From an uncultured Gemmatimonadales bacterium (GTDB lineage Bacteria; Gemmatimonadota; Gemmatimonadetes; Gemmatimonadales; GWC2-71-9), in assembly GCA_963798915.1 (NCBI GenBank), contig CAWCVB010000006.1, positions 64,001 to 128,000 on the forward strand: DNA of 64,000 nt, read 5' to 3'. A program made the translations under genes and the position numbers. The notes beneath the pieces are model-generated. The model was given only the letters and a program-made list of their open reading frames with translations. It did not search any database and was not told where the DNA came from. Shown one piece after another: positions 22,404-31,925 of the stretch; within the stretch, counting starts at the first letter, position 1; each line of letters opens with the position of its first letter.

Positions 22404-23248
22404 TGGCGGCGGACAGTGGGGAAGTGCCCTTTTTCAAGATGACCGGATCGGGCAACGACTTTGTCTTCCTCGACGGGCGTGCCCAGTCGGTCGGTGACTG
22501 GCCGCCCGACCGGATCGTCGCCATCTGCCACCGACGCACCGGGGTGGGCGCCGATGGTTTTGCCGTGCTGGCCCCGGACTCGGACGGCGCCGCCGTTCGC
22601 ATGCACTTCTTCAACTCCGACGGCGGCCGGGCGGAGATGTGCGGCAATGCCGCCCTCTGCAGCACCCGATTGGCGGTCCGGCTGGGCATGGCCATGCCTG
22701 AGCGCATGACCCTGGCCACGGACGCGGGCCAGCTGGAGACCCGCTGCGTGGGACCCGGCGACATGGCGGAAATTCGGCTGATGGACGGGGCCCGGGCCGT
22801 GCCGGTTCCTGAGATCCCGCTGGAGCCGGGCGAAGCCTGGATTGCGCACGCCACGGTGGGAGTGCCGCATCTGGTCACGCTGGTCGACGACGTCGACGCC
22901 GTTGACCTGGAGCGGCGCGGGCGGGCCCTCCGGCGCCATCCTGCCGCTGGACCCAACGGCGCCAACGCCAATTTCGTGAGCCGGCCAGCTGCCGCGGGCG
23001 GTCCCTGGCGCATCCGGACCTTCGAGCGGGGGGTGGAAGGTGAGACCCTCGCCTGCGGCACCGGCACCGTGGCCGCCGGCCTGGCCCTGGCGGCGCGGGA
23101 GAGGCTCGACCTCCCGATCCCCTTCGTGAGCCGGGGCGGGGCTCCGCTCTCAGTGGCTGCCGCCCTCGACGCTTCCGGAACGGCCCGGGACATCTGGCTC
23201 TGCGGGCAGGGGCGGCTGGTCTTCACCGGGACATGGCTGCCAGCCTGA
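22403..23248 (+). CDS. dapF: Diaminopimelate epimerase
   Basis: FFKMTGSGNDF, NSDGGRAEMCGNA, ERGVEGETLACGTG. Confidence 0.95.
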   Translation: MAADSGEVPFFKMTGSGNDFVFLDGRAQSVGDWPPDRIVAICHRRTGVGADGFAVLAPDSDGAAVRMHFFNSDGGRAEMCGNAALCSTRLAVRLGMAMPERMTLATDAGQLETRCVGPGDMAEIRLMDGARAVPVPEIPLEPGEAWIAHATVGVPHLVTLVDDVDAVDLERRGRALRRHPAAGPNGANANFVSRPAAAGGPWRIRTFERGVEGETLACGTGTVAAGLALAARERLDLPIPFVSRGGAPLSVAAALDASGTARDIWLCGQGRLVFTGTWLPA

Positions 23249-23536
23249 GTTGACGTCCGGCCGGGTCAGCCGGCCCGAATCCTGGCGCCTGCTGCCCGAT
23301 CCACCTCGAGCGATCCATCGCCATAGGGCAGCTCGAGCCGCGCCCCAATCCGTTCCACAATCCCTTCCACGGTCGTCAGACCATCACCCAAGAAATCACT
23401 TGAACCCTGAAACGCCACAGGCGACAGTGGCACGACGCCTGTCCTGGGGCGGCTTCGACGGGCAATCATGGCGCCTGGACCCGGCCTGATGGGGAGCCGG
23501 GGAAATCCCGGGTTTCCCACACTTATCCCCACAGGT

Positions 23537-23564
23537 ACTTAACATAACATCTCTTATACGACGT
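23537..23564 (-). other. dif: Chromosomal dif site (XerC/XerD recombination site)
   Basis: Minus strand ACGTCGTATAA-GAGATG-TTATGTTAAGT, an 11-6-11 layout; XerD arm differs from E. coli TTATGTTAAAT at one base; lies where gene orientation converges. Confidence 0.9.
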
Positions 23565-23809
23565 CTGGCAGAATGCGCACGGTCCCGACAGTGTGAACCG
23601 ATCACTGCCCGTTTCATCCTCGAATCGGGTCTCGTACCACCCTCGAATCGCGTCCGGCCAGGCCGTTCAGGGCAGCTGGCGTCGCTCGGTTCGGCCCAGC
23701 CGGCGCGACCACCTGGCGGCGGCGGCGATCTCACAACAGCACGCCTGCCGCGAGGCTCCCCCCGTCCGGCGCTGAAGTTCAGCCGGCGCGTCCCGCCAAT
23801 GCCCGCGCG

Positions 23810-23844
23810 AAAAAAGCCCGCCAGGCGCCAGGCCGGGCGGGCTT
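23810..23844 (-). terminator. Rho-independent terminator
   Basis: AAGCCCGCC...GGCGGGCTT stem ending in a T6 run on the minus strand, downstream of the TPR gene. Confidence 0.75.
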
Positions 23845-23892
23845 CAACCAGATTCGAGCAGATCTCATGTGATACCTGAACTGCGGCGCTGA

Positions 23893-24630
23893 TCAGCTCC
23901 CGGCGGTCGGCTTGGCGGGCCCCATCTGGCCCTTGGTAAGTTCGGCGAGTCGGACCGTCGCTTCGGTCTTGCTGGGCGAATCAGGATAGTCGGCCAGCAC
24001 CTTCTGATAGGCCGCTCGGGCATCGTCGAGCTTGCCGGCATTCCGGAAGGCGCGGCCCGCATCCACGAGGTATTCCGCCTTGAGGTAGTTGACATCGGTC
24101 GCTTCGGCGGCCTTCTGGTAGGCTGCCGCCGCTTCGGCCGGCTGGCCGGCCGTCTCCAGCCCCGAGGCCAGCATGCCCTGCGCCGGCGCCTGAAATTTTG
24201 GCGCCGGATTGCGTGAGAGGAAATCGCGCAGGCCCACCACCGCCAGGTCGGTCTGGCCGTTGATCAGGCGCACCTGGTTCAGCGAGATCTCGGCGTTCAG
24301 GGCGGCGTCGGTGCCACGATACGTGTCGATCAGCTTCTGCAACTCCGAGGCGGCCAGCGGCAGGTTCCCCTGCTCGGCGGCGGCCCGGGCCCGAATGAGC
24401 TCGCGGTTGGCAAACGCTTCCTTGCGACGGTTGCTGGTGACGAACATCCAGACCACCAGCGCGGTCAGCGCCAGCGCAATGCCAAGGATGAGCAGCGCCT
24501 TCCGATTCACCACCCGTCCCGCCACCGGCCTCGGGAGCGGCGCAGTATGGACCGGCCCGGCATCGGCCGGCTCGGCTGGGCGTGGATTTGCCGGGGAGGT
24601 CGCTTCGTTGCCCTGCTTGCTCTTGGCCAT
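23893..24630 (-). CDS. Membrane-anchored tetratricopeptide repeat protein (YfgM-like)
   Basis: One N-terminal TM helix followed by TPR-like helices (AAAAYQKA, ARAAYQKVLADYPDS). Confidence 0.75.
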   Translation of the reverse strand: MAKSKQGNEATSPANPRPAEPADAGPVHTAPLPRPVAGRVVNRKALLILGIALALTALVVWMFVTSNRRKEAFANRELIRARAAAEQGNLPLAASELQKLIDTYRGTDAALNAEISLNQVRLINGQTDLAVVGLRDFLSRNPAPKFQAPAQGMLASGLETAGQPAEAAAAYQKAAEATDVNYLKAEYLVDAGRAFRNAGKLDDARAAYQKVLADYPDSPSKTEATVRLAELTKGQMGPAKPTAGS

Positions 24631-24691
24631 GCCTGCTCGCTGGAAAATGGTGCGCTGCCCGAAAAACGGCGCGTTGCCCGGGCCGGCTCGA

Positions 24692-24765
24692 TGCCCCCGG
24701 GGCGACTCGAACGCCCGGCCAACGGTTTAGGAAACCGCTGCTCTATCCATCTGAGCTACGGGGGC
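24692..24765 (-). tRNA. tRNA-Arg(CCT)
   Basis: GCCCCCGTAGCTCAGATGGATAGAGCAGCGGTTTCCTAAACCGTTGGCCGGGCGTTCGAGTCGCCCCGGGGGCA; anticodon CCT; CCA not encoded. Confidence 0.96.
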
Positions 24766-24775
24766 AAAGCTCGGT

Positions 24776-24805
24776 AAACTACCTGTCGATCCCGTGATAA
24801 GTCAA
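24776..24805 (-). promoter_or_regulatory. Putative sigma70 promoter of tRNA-Arg
   Basis: TTGACT-N18-TAGTTT ending 10 nt upstream of the tRNA. Confidence 0.6.
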
Positions 24806-24851
24806 CGGCTTACGCCAGCTGGCTGGAGTCGCGCCCTTCCCGATCGCTCGG

Positions 24852-25130
24852 CTAGCCGCCCAGGATTTCGAAGGACACGAAACGCCGGTCTGGCACGGCC
24901 AGGTCGCTGGGCACTACCCGGTCCACCATCGCCAGGCGCGGCCCCGCCCGAAGCTGCTCCTCGAGCGCACTCAACGCCCGACCGCTTCCTTCGGCGACCA
25001 CTTCCACGGTCCCATCGGGGCAGTTGCGCACAAAGCCGCGCAGGTCGAGCGCACGGGCCCGCTGCCGTACAAACCACCGGAAGCCCACGCCCTGGACCCG
25101 TCCGGACACTACGAACCGCCGGCCGGTCAC
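24852..25130 (-). CDS. acyP: Acylphosphatase
   Basis: VSGRVQGVGFR and GFVRNCPDGTVEV. Confidence 0.95.
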   Translation of the reverse strand: MTGRRFVVSGRVQGVGFRWFVRQRARALDLRGFVRNCPDGTVEVVAEGSGRALSALEEQLRAGPRLAMVDRVVPSDLAVPDRRFVSFEILGG

Positions 25131-25768
25131 GCCACCCCGCGCCGCCGCCCTCGGACCAGCTCCATCATGATGGGCACGACCGAGAGCGCAATGATCACCA
25201 GTATCACCAGCGTAAAGTTGGAGCGTACCGCGGGAATGTTGCCGAAGAAATAGCCGCCGAGGACGAAGGCCGACACCCAGAGCGCACCACCCGCAATGTT
25301 GTAGGCGAGGAAGCGCGGATAATGCATCCCGCCCACGCCGGCGACAAACGGTGCGAAAGTGCGGATGATCGGAATGAAGCGCGCCAGGATGATGGTCTTC
25401 CCCCCATGCCGCTGGTAGAAGGCGCGGGTGCGTTCCAGGTGTTCCTGCTTCAGGAATCGGACGCGGCCGCTGAAGGCGCGTTCACCGATGCGCGCGCCGA
25501 TCCAGTAGTTCGCCGAGTCCCCGGCAATGGCCGCCAGGATGAGCAGCAGCAGAAGGACCACGAGATCGAACGATCCGAGTGCGGCGAAGGTGCCAGCGGC
25601 AAACAGCAGGGAGTCGCCTGGCAGGAATGGCGTCACCACCAGCCCCGTTTCGGCGAACACGATGAGGAACAGGATGACGTAGGACCCTGCGCCGAATCGG
25701 GCGATGATCTGGGCCAGGTGGTGGTCCAGATGCAGAAAGACGTCGATGACCTGCCGCAGGAAGTCCAT
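25127..25768 (-). CDS. dedA: DedA family membrane protein
   Basis: FAETGLVVTPFLPGDSLLF and ARFIPIIRTFAPFVAG. Confidence 0.95.
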   Translation of the reverse strand: MDFLRQVIDVFLHLDHHLAQIIARFGAGSYVILFLIVFAETGLVVTPFLPGDSLLFAAGTFAALGSFDLVVLLLLLILAAIAGDSANYWIGARIGERAFSGRVRFLKQEHLERTRAFYQRHGGKTIILARFIPIIRTFAPFVAGVGGMHYPRFLAYNIAGGALWVSAFVLGGYFFGNIPAVRSNFTLVILVIIALSVVPIMMELVRGRRRGVA

Positions 25769-25791
25769 GGTGCCGTCGAAAACGGGAGAGA

Positions 25792-26445
25792 TCAGGTCCA
25801 GCCGTGCTGGCCGATAAGGGGCACAAAGCGCGCATCCGAGAGGCCGGTCGCCGTGAAACCGTCACCCCGGCGCACGACCTGGGTCAGCCGCTGGGTCTCG
25901 CGGTCGCCAACCGGCACGACCAGGCGCCCCTCCTCCCGAAGTTGTGCGACCAGCGGGGCCGGAACATCGGGTGATGCGGCCGAGACGACGATACCCTCGT
26001 AGGGCGCCAGCGGCGGCCATCCCAGCGTGCCGTCTCCCACGATCAGGTGCACGTTCCGGCGCAGGCCCACGACCTCGAGCGCGCGTGCGGCGTCCGCGCT
26101 CAGACTCTGCACCCGCTCCACACTGACGACCATCTGCGCGAGTCGTGCCAGCAGCGCCGTCTGATAGCCGGACCCGGTGCCGATCTCAAGCACCGTACCG
26201 CTTCCGGTGAGCGCCATCGCCTCCAGCGAGCGAGCCTGGATCCAGGGCTGGCTGATGGTCTGTCCGTTACCGATCGGAAGCGCGACGTCGTCGTACGCCC
26301 GGTGCCACAGGTACGGGGGAACGAATTGATGCCGCGGGACCTCGGCGACTGCCCTGAGGACGGCGAGATCGCGGATACCCTTGCCACGCAGGGTCTCGAC
26401 CAGCTGCTCCCGATAACCGCCATAGCCATCGGCCGGGCCGGTCAT
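25792..26445 (-). CDS. pcm: Protein-L-isoaspartate O-methyltransferase
   Basis: VPRHQFVP, GQTISQP, LEIGTGSGYQ, FVPLIG. Confidence 0.95.
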   Translation of the reverse strand: MTGPADGYGGYREQLVETLRGKGIRDLAVLRAVAEVPRHQFVPPYLWHRAYDDVALPIGNGQTISQPWIQARSLEAMALTGSGTVLEIGTGSGYQTALLARLAQMVVSVERVQSLSADAARALEVVGLRRNVHLIVGDGTLGWPPLAPYEGIVVSAASPDVPAPLVAQLREEGRLVVPVGDRETQRLTQVVRRGDGFTATGLSDARFVPLIGQHGWT

Positions 26446-27188
26446 GTGAGGTCCCAGCCACGCACGGTCTCGATCAACCCGAAATTGGTCAGATCCATTT
26501 GAAGCGGAGTGACCGAGATGAACTTTTCCGCGACGGCGACATGGTCGCTTTCCTCGCCACCGGTCCAGGTGATCGTGCCGCCGCCGATCCACATGATCTC
26601 CCGTCCCCAGGGGTCCTGCATGCGGGTCAGGGAGTCGCTGAAGTACCGGCTTCCGAGCTGGGTGACACGTACCCCACGGACCTCGCCTGGCGGACAGTCC
26701 GGCAGGTTGATGTTCAGCAGGGTGCTGGCCGGAAAGTCGGGTGCGCTGGTGATGCGCCGGACCAGGCGGACCAGCACCTCGCGGTAAGTGGCCATGGTGT
26801 CAGGCTGGTGCCCGGCAAAGGAAATCGCCACGCCAGGGACGCCCAGCATGACACCTTCCATTGCCGCGCTTACGGTGCCGGAATACAGCACATCCTCGCC
26901 CATGTTGGGGCCGTGGTTCACGCCCGAGAAGACAAAGTCCGGCCGGGCCGGCATCAGTGCTTCCAGCGCGAGCATGACGCAATCGGTCGGCGTGCCATCG
27001 ATCTGGAATGCCCCGTCCGGGCGCCGGGCGGGCCGCAGCGGCCGGTGCAACGTGAGCGAGTGGGACGTGCCGCTCTGCTCCCGATCGGGTGCGACCACCG
27101 TCACGTCCGCCACCTGACGGCAGGCGTCGGCGAGCAGGGCAAGGCCCGGCGCCAGAATGCCGTCGTCGTTGCTGCAGAGGATGTTCAT
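26442..27188 (-). CDS. surE: 5'/3'-nucleotidase SurE
   Basis: ILCSNDDG, GTPTDCV, SGVNHGPNMG, YSGTV. Confidence 0.97.
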   Translation of the reverse strand: MNILCSNDDGILAPGLALLADACRQVADVTVVAPDREQSGTSHSLTLHRPLRPARRPDGAFQIDGTPTDCVMLALEALMPARPDFVFSGVNHGPNMGEDVLYSGTVSAAMEGVMLGVPGVAISFAGHQPDTMATYREVLVRLVRRITSAPDFPASTLLNINLPDCPPGEVRGVRVTQLGSRYFSDSLTRMQDPWGREIMWIGGGTITWTGGEESDHVAVAEKFISVTPLQMDLTNFGLIETVRGWDLT

Positions 27189-27565
27189 CCCCTGCCCTCG
27201 TCCCGGCCATCGAGGATACCCAGCACTTCCGCGAGTCCGGCGCGCAGGTCCTGCAGTGTCTGCGTCGAGTGCGCCGACCGCGCGGCCGACTTGATCTCCC
27301 CACCGCGGCGAGCCTGATCGATCCGCTGCCTGGCGCCCTCGATGGTGTATTTCTCGGTGTAGAGGAGATGCTTGACCAGCTGGATGAATTCAACCTCACG
27401 CGCCTTGTAGACCCGATTGCCTGAGCGGTTCTTGGCCGGACTCAGGAAACGGAACTGGCTCTCCCAGTACCGCAGGACGTGCGGCTTGAGGCCGGTCAGC
27501 TCGCAGACCTCACCGATCGAGAAGAACTCCTGCCTCGGTTCCGACGCCTGTGATTTGGCTGTCAT
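27185..27565 (-). CDS. MerR family transcriptional regulator
   Basis: FSIGEVCELTGLKPHVLRYWE and YTIEGAR. Confidence 0.92.
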   Translation of the reverse strand: MTAKSQASEPRQEFFSIGEVCELTGLKPHVLRYWESQFRFLSPAKNRSGNRVYKAREVEFIQLVKHLLYTEKYTIEGARQRIDQARRGGEIKSAARSAHSTQTLQDLRAGLAEVLGILDGRDEGRG

Positions 27566-28560
27566 CGCCACAGCTCCGCTTTTGGTTCACGTTCCATCAG
27601 GTCCCGCACGCTGTCGGCGGCGGACTTGCCCTCGAACAGGACGGCGCGGACTTCATCGGCAATCGGCATGGTGACACCCGCGCGGCCAGCCAGTCGTCCC
27701 GCCGCATGAGCCGTGTTTGCCCCCTCCGCCACGGCGCGGTTTCGCGCCCGCCAGCTGTCGAACGACTCGCCCTGCGCCAACGCCAGGCCGAGCGCGCGGT
27801 TGCGGCTCAGGCCGCCGGTCGCCGTCAGGATGAGATCGCCCATGCCCGCCAGTCCGGCAAAGGTGGCAGGCTCTGCGCCCAGTTCCACTCCAAGCCGGGC
27901 GATCTCGGCCAGGCCGCGGGTAATCAGGGCCGCGCGAGGATTGTTCCCCAGCCCCAGACCCTCGAGAATACCGGCCGCAATCGCGATGACGTTCTTGAGC
28001 GCGCCACCGAGCTCCACGCCGATGACATCCCGGTTGGTGTAGACCCGGAACTCGGAAGTCGAAAACAGCTGCTGCGCTTCGAGCGCGCTCCCGGGGTCCG
28101 CGGAGGCTGCCACGACGGCCGTTGGCTGCCGCTCAGCGACCTCGCGAGCGAAACTGGGGCCGGAGAGCACCGCGACCCGAGCGCGAGGAACAACCTCGCT
28201 GATTACCTCGCTCATTCGCCGCAACGACTCGTCCTCGATGCCCTTCGTGGCGCTCACGATCAGACTGTCAGCCGCCAGCAGCCCGGCCACGCCGCCGAGC
28301 ACCGACCGCACCGCGTGGCTCGGGGCTGCCGAGATGATGATGCTGGCGCCGGCCACGACCATGCTGGCGTCGGCATCGGCGACCAATGACGGCGCCAGTG
28401 TGTGGCCCGGGAGGAAGAGTTCGTTTTCGTGCCGGCGGTTCACCGACTGCGCCACCTCTGGCTCGAACGCCCAGAGCGCAACCTGGTGACCGCTCCGGGC
28501 CAGCAGATCGGCCAGCGCGGTTCCCCAGCTTCCCGCCCCCAGCACCGCGACCCGGCTCAT
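27562..28560 (-). CDS. gpsA: NAD(P)H-dependent glycerol-3-phosphate dehydrogenase
   Basis: GAGSWGTA, SGPSFA, GGALKNVIAI, GLAGMGDL, SRN. Confidence 0.96.
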   Translation of the reverse strand: MSRVAVLGAGSWGTALADLLARSGHQVALWAFEPEVAQSVNRRHENELFLPGHTLAPSLVADADASMVVAGASIIISAAPSHAVRSVLGGVAGLLAADSLIVSATKGIEDESLRRMSEVISEVVPRARVAVLSGPSFAREVAERQPTAVVAASADPGSALEAQQLFSTSEFRVYTNRDVIGVELGGALKNVIAIAAGILEGLGLGNNPRAALITRGLAEIARLGVELGAEPATFAGLAGMGDLILTATGGLSRNRALGLALAQGESFDSWRARNRAVAEGANTAHAAGRLAGRAGVTMPIADEVRAVLFEGKSAADSVRDLMEREPKAELWR

Positions 28561-29174
28561 GGCGGCGAACTCGTGGCTCGACCGCGACCGAAGCGGTTCT
28601 CCGTGCCCGCCAGCAGTCGCCCGATATTGGCTCGATGCAGCCAGACGATCCCGGCGGCGACGAGCAGCTGGATCCAGATCAGGTTCCGCTCCGCCGGATG
28701 GAGCATCCACGCTGCGATCGGCAGTACGATCGCCCCCGCCATGCTCCCGAGTGACACATATCCCGTCAGGCGCACCACGAGCAGCCACACCAGCAGCGCG
28801 ACGAGCACGGCCCACGGCGTCAGACCCAGCATGACGCCCGACGCCGTGGCGACTCCCTTGCCGCCGCGGAAACCCACAAAGACAGAGAAGACATGCCCCA
28901 GGACGGCCATGAGGCCGCAACCGATCGCGACATACTGCGAGTCGGAGACAAGCGGACCGATGAACATGACCGGAACCGCACCCTTGGCCATGTCGAAAAG
29001 GCCAACCGGCACGGCGAATCGGCCACCCAGTGTCCGGTAGAGATTGGTCGCGCCGAGGTTGCCGCTGCCGTGCTGCCGCAGGTCGATGCCGCGAAAGAGG
29101 CGTCCGGCAAGGTAGCTGGTCGGGATGGCCCCGAGCAGATATGAGGCGAACAGCGCGAGCCCGACCTCGATCAT
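28557..29174 (-). CDS. plsY: Glycerol-3-phosphate acyltransferase PlsY
   Basis: GSGNLGATN, FRGGKGVAT, HRANIGRL. Confidence 0.96.
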   Translation of the reverse strand: MIEVGLALFASYLLGAIPTSYLAGRLFRGIDLRQHGSGNLGATNLYRTLGGRFAVPVGLFDMAKGAVPVMFIGPLVSDSQYVAIGCGLMAVLGHVFSVFVGFRGGKGVATASGVMLGLTPWAVLVALLVWLLVVRLTGYVSLGSMAGAIVLPIAAWMLHPAERNLIWIQLLVAAGIVWLHRANIGRLLAGTENRFGRGRATSSPP

Positions 29175-30496
29175 CGCCGGCGCGACCCTCGCGCCGTGAA
29201 CTTCAACCGGAGAGGCGAGCCGCTGAACTGCCAGGCGGTGCGGAAGCCATTGGTCAGGTAGCGCTGGTAGGCTTCCGGCACATCGTCAGGTCGGTTGGTC
29301 ACGATCGCGATGGTGGGCGGACTGGTGCCGACTTGGGACGCGTACAGCAGCTTGACTTCTTCACCCGGCTTCTGCGGCGGACTGTTGCGAGCAATCAGTT
29401 CCTCCAGAACCCGGTTGACCTCGGCCGTCTGCACCCGCTTCTGGCGCTCGGCGGCGACCGCGAGAATGAGATCCAGCAGCTGGTGCACCCGCTGACCGGT
29501 CACGGCTGAGACGTACATGAACGGCACGAACTTGAGAAATGGCGCCTTTTCCGTGACGATCTCTTCGCCCCGCCGTGCAGTGAGCGAGTCCTTCTCCTCG
29601 ATGAGGTCCCACTTGTTGACCGCCACGATGAGCGCCGTGCCGCGATCCCAGGCTGCCGTGGCAATACGAAGATCCTGCGCGTGCAGTCCCACCGCCGCAT
29701 CGACCACCAGCACGCACACATCGGCCCGCTCAACCGCGCGCTCGGTGCGCAAGTTGGAGTAGAACTCGAGGTTGTCGGCCACCTTCGAGCGCTTTCTCAA
29801 CCCGGCGGTGTCGATGAACGTGATGGGCTGGTCGTGATAGCGAAGCACCGTGTCGATCGCGTCACGCGTGGTGCCGGCCGTGGCCGACACGACGTGGCGC
29901 TCTTCGCCCAGGAGCCGGTTGACCAGTGAAGACTTCCCAACGTTCGGTCGCCCGACCACGGCCACGGCCACCGACGCCTCGGCCTCGGCATCCGTACGCG
30001 GAGGCAGGACCGCCACGACGGCGTCCAGCACGTCACCACTCCCCTTGCCCGACATGGCCGAGACGCCGTGTGGCTCGTCAAACCCAAGCCGATAGAAGTC
30101 GTACTGCTCAGCCGAATGCTCGAGGTTGTCCAGCTTGTTCACCGCGAGCACGACCGGACGTCCCGACTTTCGGAGGCGCTCGGCGACCGCCTGATCCACC
30201 GGGTGGAGGCCCTGGCGGCCATCGGTCAGGAATAGGATGACATCCGCCTCAGCCAGCGCGAACTCGACCTGACGGGCAATGGCCCGATCCATCGGCTCCG
30301 CCGAATCGGGCACAAGCCCGCCGGTATCGACCAGCCAGAAGTGCCTGCCCGACCACTCGGCGTCGCCGAAGTGACGATCCCGGGTCGTCCCGGCCTCTTT
30401 CGAGACGATGGCGCGGCGGCCGCCGATGATCCGGTTGAAGAGGGTGGACTTGCCGACATTGGGACGGCCCACGATCGCAACGGTCGGCTTGCTCAC
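29171..30496 (-). CDS. der: Ribosome biogenesis GTPase Der (EngA)
   Basis: Two GRPNVGKS G-domains with DTGG/DTAG and NKLD/NKWD. Confidence 0.97.
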   Translation of the reverse strand: MSKPTVAIVGRPNVGKSTLFNRIIGGRRAIVSKEAGTTRDRHFGDAEWSGRHFWLVDTGGLVPDSAEPMDRAIARQVEFALAEADVILFLTDGRQGLHPVDQAVAERLRKSGRPVVLAVNKLDNLEHSAEQYDFYRLGFDEPHGVSAMSGKGSGDVLDAVVAVLPPRTDAEAEASVAVAVVGRPNVGKSSLVNRLLGEERHVVSATAGTTRDAIDTVLRYHDQPITFIDTAGLRKRSKVADNLEFYSNLRTERAVERADVCVLVVDAAVGLHAQDLRIATAAWDRGTALIVAVNKWDLIEEKDSLTARRGEEIVTEKAPFLKFVPFMYVSAVTGQRVHQLLDLILAVAAERQKRVQTAEVNRVLEELIARNSPPQKPGEEVKLLYASQVGTSPPTIAIVTNRPDDVPEAYQRYLTNGFRTAWQFSGSPLRLKFTARGSRRR

Positions 30497-31773
30497 GCGG
30501 CACGAGACAGCAGGGAGACGTCCGCAAAGCACTTGGACAGGAGCACCTCCGCCGAGTGTCCGGCGGCCAGTGACTCGAAGGACACGCTATCCATGAAGAG
30601 CCCATCATCGTTGACTGACTCACCCGGCAGCAGGATGACGTCGAGATCCTGGTGCTGCGCGATCGCGGTCCGGATCGCTTCACCTGGCAGCAGGCCCGCG
30701 CACGTCACGGACGTGCCGAAGAGCGAGTTCTCGACCACAATGAGCCTCAACGTGGAGCCGAGCGAGGCGGCAGCGAGGTCGCGGAGCACCGGTTCCATGA
30801 GGGCACCCATGGCGGTCCCGGTGACGATCCCCACCCGCAAGCCGCTCCACTCCTGAAACCGGTCCCGATTCTCGCGCACGGTTCGTTGCAGGAAGCGCAC
30901 GGCCCCGACCCCGTTCTCGACCTGTTCGAAGGTCCCGTAGGCTGCCTCGGGCGGAAGCTCCAGCCCGGCGCGATGGTAAAGTTCGTCCGCTCCGTAGGCC
31001 CAGGTCGTTCCCCGCTCACCCCGCGCCCGCTCGGCCCACCGCTCGAGCGTACCAATGGCAGCCCGGCATTCCTCCGCCGCAGGCTCCCGCACGAGGTGGT
31101 GCTTGCTGAATTCCGTGAGACCCACTGGAACAACCGAGCAGTTGAGCACCGCGTCACCGAGCTGGTAAAGATCGGACAGCGTCTGCTCCATGACCGCACC
31201 GTCATTGACCCCAGGTGACATGACGATCTGCGTATGGAAGGCAATGCCATGCGCGGCGAGCCGCTGCAGCAGCGGCAGTATGTCCGGCGCCAACGGATTC
31301 CGCAGCACCAGGCGCCGCAACAGTGAATCGGTGGCGTGGACCGACACGTACAGCGGCGAGAGCCGATACTCGATGATGCGATCGATGTCCCAGTCCTTGA
31401 GGTTCGTCATGGTGACGAAATGGCCATAGCGAAACGAGAGCCGGTAGTCGTCATCCCGGATGTACAGGCCCGGCCGCAGCCCCGGGGGCAGACCATCGAC
31501 GAAGCAGAAATCGCAGCGATTGGCACACCGACGTACGCGGGGCGGCTCAAGCGAAAGCCCGAAGGGCTGGTCCAGCGAACGCTCGATTTCGAAAGTCACC
31601 AGCGTCCCATCCGGCTGGCGCACCTCAAGCTCGAACGCCTCCTCGGCCGACAGGAATTCCCAGTCGAGGAAGTCGTGCAGCTCACGGCCGTCGATCGCCA
31701 GCAGCTCGGTCCCCGGCAGCAAGCCGAGTTCCGCGCCCAGGGAGTCCGGATGTATGTGGGTAACCTTCACCAT
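30493..31773 (-). CDS. DUF512 domain radical-SAM-like protein with N-terminal PDZ-like segment
   Basis: CANRCDFC, DDDYRLSF, VPVGLT, QVENGVG. Confidence 0.85.
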   Translation of the reverse strand: MVKVTHIHPDSLGAELGLLPGTELLAIDGRELHDFLDWEFLSAEEAFELEVRQPDGTLVTFEIERSLDQPFGLSLEPPRVRRCANRCDFCFVDGLPPGLRPGLYIRDDDYRLSFRYGHFVTMTNLKDWDIDRIIEYRLSPLYVSVHATDSLLRRLVLRNPLAPDILPLLQRLAAHGIAFHTQIVMSPGVNDGAVMEQTLSDLYQLGDAVLNCSVVPVGLTEFSKHHLVREPAAEECRAAIGTLERWAERARGERGTTWAYGADELYHRAGLELPPEAAYGTFEQVENGVGAVRFLQRTVRENRDRFQEWSGLRVGIVTGTAMGALMEPVLRDLAAASLGSTLRLIVVENSLFGTSVTCAGLLPGEAIRTAIAQHQDLDVILLPGESVNDDGLFMDSVSFESLAAGHSAEVLLSKCFADVSLLSRAA

Positions 31774-31885
31774 CAGATGCAGTCCCGAATTCAAGACTTC
31801 AGAAAATACTTTAAGTGGGCGATAACTTCAACTCGGGACGCCACTTCGTGGACTCAGTCGAGATCGGGCCTGAACTTCAGCAGAA

Positions 31886-31915
31886 ACCGCCGCCGGAGGG
31901 AAATCCCGGCGGCGG
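31886..31915 (-). terminator. Hairpin downstream of tRNA-Gly
   Basis: CCGCCGCCGG...CCGGCGGCGG inverted repeat followed by TTT on the minus strand. Confidence 0.6.
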
Positions 31916-31925
31916 CCTGAACGAG

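Noticed and set aside
23428..23443. Sigma54 promoter TGGCACGACGCCTGT near dif
   Set aside because: The -12 GC is missing and there is no downstream + strand gene.
23250..23775. Short ORFs in the dif intergenic region
   Set aside because: No recognisable motifs or RBS, and they overlap dif or each other; probably spurious.
23249..23892. oriC in the long intergenic region
   Set aside because: Only two near-consensus DnaA boxes, the AT-rich stretch is explained by dif, flanking genes converge rather than diverge, and no dnaA/dnaN is nearby.
24794..26002. 402-aa plus-strand ORF
   Set aside because: Antisense to acyP, dedA and pcm, with low-complexity R/P/G composition.
27562..28920. N-terminally extended gpsA (and similar extensions of uvrC, dapF, GT4, lptC, skp and pcm in the ORF track)
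   Set aside because: The extensions overlap upstream genes; downstream starts give normal lengths and typical short overlaps or spacings.
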